A DNA stretch of 64,000 nucleotides. Origin: Piromyces finnis finn. Taxonomy: Eukaryota > Fungi > Neocallimastigomycota. A program made the position numbers and the translations under genes. Under the pieces are notes generated by a model that saw nothing but the letters and a program-made list of their open reading frames with translations, ran no database searches and was not told the DNA's origin. Below are positions 1-10,846 of the stretch, piece by piece (positions within the stretch are counted from its first letter, which is position 1; each line of letters opens with the position of its first letter). The stretch covers positions 806,001 to 870,000 of the forward strand of contig MCFH01000010.1 in assembly GCA_002104945.1 (NCBI GenBank), read 5' to 3'.

Positions 1-277
1 ATTGTTAATTGATGTAGCATATCCTGTTGAATAATTGCTGTTTGATTGAGCTGCATAACCTTGAGAATTACCTTGATAAATAGTTGCTCTATTTTGTGGT
101 GATCCTTGATAACCTTGTGGTCTATAATTTGGTTGACTATATCCTGTTTGTGGAAGAGGTGGAGGTTGACGATGAACTGGCTGTATAGATGCTTATATAA
201 TAATATTATAATTCCAAATGAATATAATTTATTAGCTTTGCTTTTATTAACTTTTAAAATATTAAAAACAGTGAAAT

Positions 278-349
<72 letters not shown>

Positions 350-1050
350 TTTTATACAACAATTTCATTATTAAAAATAGTTATATATTTTAATAGATAT
401 ACACGGAAAATTGATAATGTTCAAATGACTCTAAAAATCAACGATATTTAAAACTAATAATATATAAACATACCTCTCACTTGATTATTCTGTGAATATA
501 CAGGAACTGATTGTTGTCTCGGTGGAGCACCCATTTGACTCTGATTACTTGCAAATGTTCTTGGTGAAGTTGGGGCTACACTACCAACACGAGATTTTGA
601 ACGAGGTGGTGCACCCATTTGCTGTTGTGGCTGAAGTCTATTATTATATTGAGGTTGTTGTTGATATTGAGGTTGTTGATATTGAGGTTGCTGATATTGT
701 GGTTGTTGTTGATATCCATTTCTTTGATTTTGCAATTGCTGAATTTGATTTTCTAGGTTTCTAATTCTTTTATCTTGTTCAACAATTTCAGGTCCATAAT
801 CATAACCTGGAGCACCTTGTGTATTTCTTCTTAAGTTAAGTAAATCATTTTTAATTTGGTTTTCATATGCAATTGAATCTTGCAATGTTTTTATTTTTTG
901 GTCAATCTTTATAAATTATTCATAAAACAAAACAAAACAAAAAAAATAAATAAATAAATAAAATAAAATAAAAGATTAATTTTGATATGTATATAATAAA
1001 CACAAATTTAGTATTATTATTACCTCATATGCAGATTGATTTGAATACAT
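1..1050 (-). CDS. Multi-exon gene (3' part outside the window) with an N-terminal HR1-like coiled-coil and a Q/P/Y-rich low-complexity region
   Basis: Exons 1050-1024 (MYSNQSAYE), 906-474 (IDQKIKTLQDSIAYENQIKNDLLNLRR...QQPQYQQPQY...) and 191-<1 (ASIQPVHRQPPPLPQTGY...) join in frame through GT-AG introns. The HR1 resemblance is by eye only. Confidence 0.7.
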
Positions 1051-3162
1051 TCTTTAAATTTAAATAAATAAATAATTACTTTAATAAAAAAAAATAGATA
1101 AATATTGTGTTAATATATTATAATGTCAATTGAAATTCTTTTTATAATAATTAAAATTAAATTAATATTTTTTATTTTTTATTATAAAATATCTTATAAT
1201 AATAATTCATTATAAAAAGTATAAAGTTAAGCACTATACTATTTAATTTTAATTATTTTATTAAAATATTTGAAAAATTATATTTGTTTTTATTAATTAT
1301 ATAAAAAAACCCGAGAAAAAAACAATATAAATTTTAAATTAATTGTAATATATATTATTTACTTTCTATTATTCTATAAAGTAATTTATTGCTATATTAG
1401 ACTTTATTATTATCTATTCCTTTACTGTTTTATGTTATTTGTTCCTTTTTATATATATGGATAGATTATTATCAAATATATTTCTTTCAAATAAATTCTC
1501 TTATTGAAATAATTAAAGTATAATAAATAATTATTTTATAATAATCCTTTTAATGTTTTAGAATTCTTATATTTGATAATACTATATTATTTGGTTAAAT
1601 ATATATAAAAAGGATGTTATCTTTTATTTGTATAAAAAAGATAATGAAAAAAAGTGTTAAAAGAATATAATATAAAAATAAAAAATATCAAATATTCTTA
1701 TAATATTATTAAATTTTAATAAGGTTTATTAAATTTTTGAAAGTAGATTCTATTATCATTTATAGTTCAAAGATTTAATTTTTGTAATTATTAAGATTTA
1801 TTAAATTTTTTTGAAATAAGTATTTTTAATACTTTTTTTTTTAATGGAAAATACAACTATTTAATATAATATATGATATAATTAAATAATTTATAGTATA
1901 ATATTATTTGTATTACATTGTAATATTAAAAATTTTATTTAATAATAAATAATTATTATATGTTTAAATAAAATAATATTTATTTTTTAATATTTATATT
2001 ATTTACAAGTTACAATAAATAACAAACAACTAAAAAAAAAAAAAAGAAAAGATAAATTAACTATATATTTTCAGAATGCATAAACATATTATTTATACAA
2101 TACATAATTAATATTATTTATTGTATATTTTATTAATAATTATAATTAATATTATAATTATTAATAACATCATTAGATTTATATAATCTTACAAAAGAAT
2201 GGTTCTAAAAATTTTTTTTATCGATATTGGTTATTACTTAATATATTATAAATTAAATTTGTATTAATTAAAATTTTAATTTAATAATTTTTAATAGGCA
2301 TCTACATAAACAATTTTTTTATATATTTTTAGGTAATAATGTTAAGGCATAAAAGTTTTATATTTAAAAATAATTCACTATATATATAAATAGAATTAAA
2401 TATATTTAGACATATAAAAGATTTAGAAACTAGGAATATTATATGACTTTTTAATACACTTTTTTTATGTATTAAATAGCTATATAATTTTATAAATCCG
2501 CATGATATATTTTGTAATTAAGTACAAAATAATATGAAAAAAATTGTACTTTTTTTTTATTAAATTATATATTTGTTATTTGATTATAAACCTTATTTTT
2601 TATACAATAATGTTGTATTCATTTTATTATAAAAGTAACTTTTTCTTTTTTTGAACTAAATAATATGTTTATTTAAATATATTATTTAGTTTAAACAATA
2701 AAAATTGAATAAAGCTTTTTTTAAAGTTATATTATTGATTAAATTAACAAAAATAAAAATTTAAATAACAACAGAACACGTGAATATTAATTCATAAAAT
2801 ATTTGATAAACAGAATTTATGTAATATTTTTATATTTTTATGTATTAAATTACTATACCAAAAAATTTACTATATAATAGCAATCATGACCCAAAAATAT
2901 TAGTTCCTCCTTTTACCCATAGACAAAATTTTTAGGTATGTATAGATTAATTTAATCTAAATAATTGATTTTATAGACATATAAATAAATTACTTTACTT
3001 TTTTAAAGATTATTTTAAATGTTATTTAGTAAATATGAATTAAACATTTTTCATTTTCATTAATAAAATATAAAATATGATTTAATTTTTATTTTTTAAT
3101 TTGAATAAAAATGGATTTTTTTTAATTTTTTTTTTTTTTTAAAAAAAAAAGAATAAACAAAA

Positions 3163-3195
<33 letters not shown>

Positions 3196-3415
3196 TTAAA
3201 ACATGTAAAAGATATAATGTTAATGTTAAAATGTATTAGGGATAATATATTTATCATATAAGATTAAATTACAAAAAAAAAAAAAAAAAAAGTATTAAAA
3301 AAGTATTTTTGAAAATGATAATAAATTATAATATTAATAAATTATAATATTCTAAATTTTAAATTTAGAACAATTTAACGTTCTCTGTCACCCGTAACTC
3401 TCTCGACAGGCCATT

Positions 3416-4505
3416 ATGTCTCGGTTACCAAAAATTTTAGAACCAAGCCAAAAAGATATCCATGTAAGTAAAAAAATTAATATGTATAAATATATATATA
3501 AACAAAAAAAAGGAAAATAATTAATGTCAATGAAATAATTGAAATTAATAGGATCTTTTAGCTGCCCAAGTTCACTTGGGTTCAAAAAATTTAAACTTCC
3601 AAATGAAACCATACATTTGGAAGAGAAGAAATGATGGTATATTATAATTAAAGATTTAAAATAATAAAACATGTCTATAAATTTGTAAAAATATTTTATA
3701 ATTTATTAAAAATATCTCCAATTGTTAATATAATTTATAAGGTACTCACATCATCAATATTCAAAAAACCTATGAAAAGCTTGTTTTAGCTGCAAGAATC
3801 ATAGCTACTATTGAAAATCCTTCTGACGTTGTTATCGTTTCTTCTCGTCAATATGGTCAACGTGCTGCTTTGAAGTTTGCTAAATATACTGGTTCTCAAG
3901 CAGTAGCTGGTAGATTTACACCAGGTACATTTACTAACTATATTACTCGTTCATTCAAAGAACCACGTATTATTATAACTACCGATCCAATTGCTGATCA
4001 TCAAGCCATTTATGAAGCCTCTTATGTAAATATTCCAGTTATTTCATTATGTGATGCTGATTCTCCACTTCGTTATATTGATTGTGCTATCCCAACAAAT
4101 AATAAAGGTAAGTATGCCATTGGTTTAATCTTCTGGTTACTTGCAAGAGAAGTTTTAAGACTTAGAGGAGAAATTTCACGTACTGAAGAATGGGATGTTA
4201 TGCCAGATATGTTCTTCTATCGTGATCCTGAAGAAATAGAAAAGGAAAACGCTACAGCCGCTACTGAAGAAGTAAGTATTATATTTAGTTTATTAGTAAC
4301 TATTATAATGAATAAAATAAATATATATAATATTAATAATTAAATAATTTTAAATTAATTTTATAAAAAAAATTAATAGGAAGAGAATGTTGAAGTTACT
4401 GAAGAAGATGAAGGTTTTGAAAATGGTTCTGTCCCAATCAATTGGACTCAAGACAACGCTGGAAATTGGGGTGAAGAAACTGATAATCAAGAATCAGCTT
4501 GGTAA
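3416..4505 (+). CDS. RPS0: 40S ribosomal protein uS2 (S0/SA)
   Basis: Exons 3416-3463, 3552-3636, 3742-4271 and 4380-4505 with GT-AG introns. They encode [38 protein letters not shown] and [11 protein letters not shown], plus an acidic tail with W residues, all hallmark uS2 motifs. Confidence 0.97.
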
Positions 4506-5853
4506 ATCGAATCTTTTTCCACCTAAAATACTGATTAATTTCTATATGAAATTTAAAAATACATATAAAAGAATTATATTTAAATTAATTTTGTAAGAGA
4601 CCATTAATAAAAATATAATTTTTTTTAAAAATATAAATTCACATTTATATATATAAATCTTTAAAATGAGAAAGTTTATTACATTTATGAGTTAAAAGAA
4701 AATGAAATTAAAAATATATCCTTAATTTTAATAATAATAGTAGTAGTTTAAAATAATAATATATATTCTTAAACTACTGGTAATCTTTTTTTTTTTGGAA
4801 AAAAAAAAAAAAAAATCTTTTATATGGTTATTTAATTTTATTTAATTCTTTAAAATAATTATTATATAATTGTAAAATTATGGTAATTAACTTATTCAAC
4901 ATAATGAAGTCCAATATATAACAATATTAAACATTATAATTGTTTAGTCCATCCAAATAATCAATTATCAATTATCTTAGCAAAAAACATTCAATTGTCT
5001 CATAATATAATAGTAATAATAATGTTATTAGAGATAATAGAGATAATAATGCATAATATTAATAGAAAAAGTGATTATTCTAATATTTAAAATTTGAATA
5101 CCTATTATTGTTTAATGAAGGTTAAGTTATTGAAGCTATTAATAATGAGGGAATATTAAGTGCATAATAATTATTAAAGTTTGTAAAAAAAAAATTTTAG
5201 TCACACCAATTTAATGAAGAATACTTTGCAAGTTCAAATTGAGATAAGTACTTATAAAGAATCTAGATTTTTTATAATAAAACAAAATCATGTTTTATGT
5301 TATTATCTATAAGTGGTCAATGCGGAAGAAATAGTATAATGACATTTTAACTTTAATTACATTATACTCATTTTCTATCTATATAAATAATATTTAAGTT
5401 ATCTATGTTAAAACATATTTTACATATTGCTGCTGTTAGAATATTTTGAAATCGATTATATTTTACTTGTATAAATATTATGTATTTATTAATATTATCA
5501 TATTATAATGAATTAATGAATTAATATCGTATTTAATTTTGTTCAAAATTATAATACAAATTTATTATTTTTTTGGTATAATAATTTATAAATTACATTA
5601 AATAAAATAAATATTAAAACACAGTAGTTATAAAAATATTTATTTAAATAATAATAAAGGAAATAAATAAAATTAATATTTAATATAAGATATATAAATA
5701 AATAAATATAAAATAAAAAAAATCTAATTTAAAATTAAAATTCTATGTAAATGGTCTTATTAATTAAAAAATAATATTTCTATTAATAATTTTCATTATC
5801 TCATACACCATAAACAATTGTCTTTTTATTTCATTCATCTATTATACTGTAAT

Positions 5854-6346
5854 TCTGGTTCGACCCCGCAGATGTCAGTGCCTGTGGATTTTCCAACTGG
5901 GTTTGCCATGGGTTGGGTTATGATATTCAGGTAAGTATAAATGAACTTTCTAATTTACTACTATGATAATAACACTCGTCTAGCCGGCCTGAGAGGGTCT
6001 AGTGTACATGGTATATTCCAAATTAGAATTTAATAAGTGGTGACTTAGGCTATGCCAAAAACACAAATTATTCCTTAATCAATTTAAGTGTAAACATTAG
6101 GGGGCGGTTGACACGTGATTAAGTTGACTATAAGAGGCTTAGCATTGTAGTTGTGAAATATCGTACAACAACATTCATCTAATGTACATGAATTAAGTGA
6201 GCGTCGAAGCTGAAGAAACAGTATGACAGACCAGGAGGGTCACAACCACCTAGCAATAGGAATGAGCCAACGTTTCTCTAAGAACCACCATTGGGGCTAA
6301 CTCCAATCGATGGGAGAAATGCACTCGGAAGTTAAAAAAAAAAAAA
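5854..6346 (+). mobile_element. SINE-like non-coding retroposon, copy 1 (5'-truncated)
   Basis: Near-identical to 18346-18893 (reverse complement). Ends in an A-tail (6334-6347) and is flanked by the 13-bp direct repeat attatactgtaat (5841-5853 and 6347-6359). No long ORF; GC is clearly above the flanks. Confidence 0.9.
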
Positions 6347-7474
6347 ATTATACTGTAATGATATACAGTTATGTTTTTAATATTCTTACATAAAATATGA
6401 AGATAGAAAGTTATTGTATAATTCATCATTATCTTTTATTATTGGCATTATAGGTATTATTTTTGAATAAAGTGACCTCCATAAATATATTTTTCATCTG
6501 GAAATTCTTTTTCCGTTATTAAAATAGTTTTATCATTTGAGACATATTGTTTAATGTATTTACTTAATTTAGCAATTGAAATAGAATTTTTATATACATA
6601 GAAAATATAACCTGTACAAAAGTATCAAAATTGAACAAATTCTTTTCTGAACTTACTACATATTCATACTATATTGGATATTCATCAAGTCTTATACCAT
6701 CCATTAAGGATTGAAAACCCTTTTGATTTTAAATTATTCTATAATAGTATTTTACTAACTTCTCCGGTATCATATTGACAACATGAATTAACTCATAGAT
6801 TTTATGTCAATTTTAATATTTTATATCCTTTAATAAAATAGTTTAATAAAATTCACAATATTTCATAATTACTAATTAATTTTCAATAATTTTTTTATTA
6901 GAGTCTTAATAGTTATTTGGTTTATGTATATTGAATTTATCATTTACTTTTAGGTGGTTTTCCTTCCTTTTATGTATTTGTATTGTGCTTAATTATTATT
7001 AGAGTTCTTTTCAAGTATTTAGTCTTTTATATATTATCCAACTTGAGTTTTAATTTATTCTTTCTATATGTTAACTTTAGTCTCTATATGTTTTAATTAT
7101 TTACAATATTAAACAAGAGATAAATATTATTTTCTTGAATTTTCTAAAATCACTGTAAATTTAATAGAAAATCGACGCCATTACATTCTTGAATGTTTGT
7201 AATAAATAAAGGATGAATCAATGTCATCTGAATTTATGGAACCCTATCTATGAAGGTGTTATACCATTATTGATAGGACTAAATTAAATATATGAAGGTC
7301 TTAAACTATCTTTAATAATAATCTATTAATATAACTCATTTCACACTAAATTAAAGCATGATAAGTTATTAAAGTGTTGTAACAATGAATTAATTCATAT
7401 ATAATAAATTAAAATTATGAAACATAGTACTCCAAATAAGAATATAAAATACATAATTGAAAGTTCGTTTAATT

Positions 7475-8127
7475 TATTTTTTTTTAATATATAAAAAATT
7501 AAAATTAAAAATAAAAATAAAAATAAAAATAAAAAAAATATGTTTAAATAAACACAAATGAATAAAAATTGGGTTTAATGTATTCTAGTAATTTTAATTA
7601 AAGTAAGAAAGCCACTATTTTACTAAAGTATAATAATTGTATTTGACTTCCAATGGAACACCGAGTCAAAGATCAAAATTTTATCATGGGACAAAATTAT
7701 GATCTCTATTGGTTGCGCTGGCCCTCCTGGCCTGTCTTACTGTTTCTTCAGCATTGACGTTCTTGGATGTTGTTTCATACCTTTTGAACATTGACCATTG
7801 CTGGCCAATAGCAAAAGGCATGATTTTGGTTAGAAGTTCCGCTGTTACCGTCAAGAATGGTGTTTCTTCGTTAGTGCCAGATTGAATCTGACACTTGCAA
7901 AGTTCTCTCAATTCCATTGAATTGTAATTGATATTGTTAAAACTTCTTCCCCCAAGAAGGAATTTAAATATTTTACTGCACACACTAGAATAATCATACA
8001 CATTAATATTCACTGAATTATTAGAACTATTACTATTATTAACTAAATTACAAATTACTATCTAAATTAGAAATATTATATTCACTATTGCTATCATTAC
8101 TAATATTATTATTTCTACTACTACTAC

Positions 8128-8160
<33 letters not shown>

Positions 8161-10453
8161 TAGTGTTACTATTATTACTACTATTGTTACTATTACTATT
8201 AATATTATTGATATCTCTACTGATATTAACATTTTCATTATTATTGATAGGACTGTTGGAATTACATTGACTGAAAAAATTAATAGCTGGAATATGGAAT
8301 CATAATGTTTAATACGGATATCTCTAAATGTTGGACAATCTAATAATCAATGCTTAATACTTTGAACATTACACTTACAACATGGACAGTAGTTAAGACA
8401 AATTAGATCAATAAATTTAGCAGCTACTCTAGCATCCAACTTGTATCCGCTTCTTGCTTTCAATAGCCAGTAGAAGCCATAGGCAAACTCTGGGTACCCG
8501 TAACATAATTTGATAAAATCTTTGTTTCAATAAATTTATTATCATCATAATATTGTGCTTTGATTGAATTCCCTTTGAGAGTCCTACTTGATTTGCACCA
8601 CGTGTATTTTCTAGATTTAGGAATGTAATTGACAAGGTATGAGATAATATAATTTGAGTTTTTCCATTTGTTATATCTAACTAACCTGAGCTAACGCACA
8701 TTTGGCTGACAATGGAGGAATATTCAAATCTTTTGAGATAGAATACAAAGATATAAACGATACAGCTTTATGAACTCCGGTAACCCATCGTATTCCCTTT
8801 TCAACATGTTTCTGAGCAATCCTAGACCTAGCTTTGTTGGATCCAAATAATGGTTCAAAGTATGAAACTCTGCTAATCACTTGTGAGTTAAGTACTAGTT
8901 TTTTGAAAGGAATAGGAATATTAGGATTTCTTAAGTGTTTACTGCTGAAAAAAGTCCTTTCAAAACTTTGTTATTAAAAATTTTAATAACTGATTTAAGG
9001 GACAGATTCTTATCAAATGGAACACCATGATAAGTGTAACAATCAGTAGTTGGAATGGGTTTTCCTGCTAAGTAAAATGTTGGATTTTTCTTGTTCTGAT
9101 TTACTATTGATTCAGGATGAATTACCATCGTTGAACATTTCTGGATACCAAATTCCATATCATTATACAAAGCCATTCATTAACTCTTTTTAGCATCTTT
9201 TTTAAGCATCCTCTTGATGGAGCACAAATAAATATATTATCTGCAAAAAATCCACCACAGCATCGAATGTCACCTAAACTGACTCCGAGATCTTCGCACT
9301 CTTTAAATATATCATTAATAAAGAGATTAAAGAGAATAGGAGAAAGTGGGAAACCTTGACGGACTCCTTTCTTCACATCAAAAGATTTCGATATCAAATC
9401 TCCCTTCTTAGGAATAGAAACAATACTGGATTCATTCCATGAGTTGGGGAAGTCTCCATCCCAGATACGGTTGAATAATTTAAGAAGAAAATTTAAACCA
9501 TAAGCATCATTATCTGAAATGTCATTACCAGAAGAATTATTATCTGTAGCATTATTATAATCATTACTTGATGGAATTAATGTTTTGTAAAATACAATTG
9601 GAATACCATCCGGACCTGATGTTTTATAATTTGGAGTAAAGAGGATAGCTGACTTGACTTCATCAATAATAATATCTTGGTTGATATCTCATTCATCAAG
9701 CATAGGGAGTGAAAAATGTTTATTCGTTGGTTCTTCATACCAATGCTCCAAATCAAGACTTTACACCACTTGGATCAGATGCAAGATTTTCGAAATTTTT
9801 TTTTTTTAGACTAGGAAGAGAATACACATCTTTTATTTATTTACTTATTTAATTAGTGATATTACATAATATTAGGTGATAATACATATTGATATTGATA
9901 TAATAAATAATAAATAAAAATAATAAAATATATATAAATAAAAATATAAATATAAAAAAATATAAAATAATTATTTAAGTTGCATAAAAGTTCAATGAAC
10001 TCTGCAATTCGTATTGTGTGGGATTGGTCCCTACCTAATAAATTAAATGAAATAAAAAAAAGAAGTAACATCAGGTATGATAGTGTGGTGTCCATTAAAC
10101 TCTCCCATGAGTTCATAATGTTTTCATTCGAATTTGAGGAAATACTAACATTGAACACTGTGTACGGAACATTGGAAATGTTCCTTTGCCATATCGGTAC
10201 GACGTCGGCGCTCTTGATTACGTTAGGTGTCTTACTAAACCTATCAAAAAGTAGCTTCATAGAGCTACTAATGATAGGGATTGTTTTAGTAAGAAAAGCC
10301 GCGAGACCCTCTACATATGGAACATGAGACCCTGATGAACTGTAAAGCTGTTCATTCAAATGTCTTTGTTCCGCCTTATCGATTTGTAGCTCATCATAAG
10401 CTAAAGTTCCACCAAGAAGGAACGTAAAGATTTTCGAAATGATTTTTTAAACT
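7475..10453 (-). mobile_element. Decayed, 5'-truncated non-LTR retrotransposon (LINE family A): RT remnants, CCHC knuckle and ORF2 C-terminus
   Basis: Frameshifted fragments encode GPDGIP, IVSIPKKGD, GVRQGFPLSPILFNLFINDI, FADN (decayed YADD), YTYHG and C-x2-C-x8-H-x4-C (CPCCKCNVQSIKH*LLDC, about 8330-8395). ORF 7684-8013 is the C-terminus. There is an A9 tail near 7477-7485 and an 11-bp direct repeat ttcgtttaatt at 7464-7474 and 10454-10464. Clade not resolved. Confidence 0.92.
9797..10426 (-). mobile_element. 5'-truncated 3' end of a second LINE family (B), nested inside the family A copy
   Basis: Homologous to 25071-25692. Poly(T) on the + strand at 9796-9807; 14-bp direct repeat aagattttcgaaat at 9783-9796 and 10427-10440. 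Translates as TFLLGG...VPYVEGLAAFLTKTIP...LFDRF, which aligns to the LINE A C-terminus. Confidence 0.88.
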
Positions 10454-10846
10454 TTCGTTTAATTAAAAAGAATTTAAATGTAACAGTTTTAATTTAATAA
10501 TTTTTGATTATATTTAAAATAATTCTACAAAAACTAAAAAATGCCAGTATAAATTATCTAGAAAAAAAAAAAAAAAAAAAATTACCACTTATAATTACAA
10601 AATATATTTTATTTTTAATTTTTTTTTTTTTTTTAATCCTTTTATTTTTATATTTTCTTTTTAAACATATAAACTTATATAAACTTATTTGTATTTATTA
10701 GAGAATAAAATTTATTTTTCTCTTAATTCTTTAAAAATAAAATAATATTTTCTACATTTTCTTTTATAAATAATTGCACTTTTTATATTAATAATACTTT
10801 TCATTATTTCTTATTTTTTTTATTTATTTATTTATCATTATTAAAA

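Noticed and set aside
4880-5420. Possible membrane-protein pseudogene
   Set aside because: Only short hydrophobic stretches that AT-rich DNA produces by chance; no motif could be supported.
6113-6118. CACGTG E-box present in all three SINE-like copies
   Set aside because: A single hexamer within generally conserved sequence; there is no independent evidence of regulatory function.
6209-6330. Hammerhead ribozyme (CTGAAGA core; also CTGATGA near 10332)
   Set aside because: No stem II followed by GAAA, and the core is not conserved in the other copies.
9797-10426. A second SINE family with a fixed 5' end (both copies seem to begin at TACGTTCC)
   Set aside because: The copy at 24981-25692 extends about 90 nt further 5' to its own TSD, and the sequence translates into a LINE ORF2 C-terminus. 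These are ordinary 5'-truncated LINE tails.
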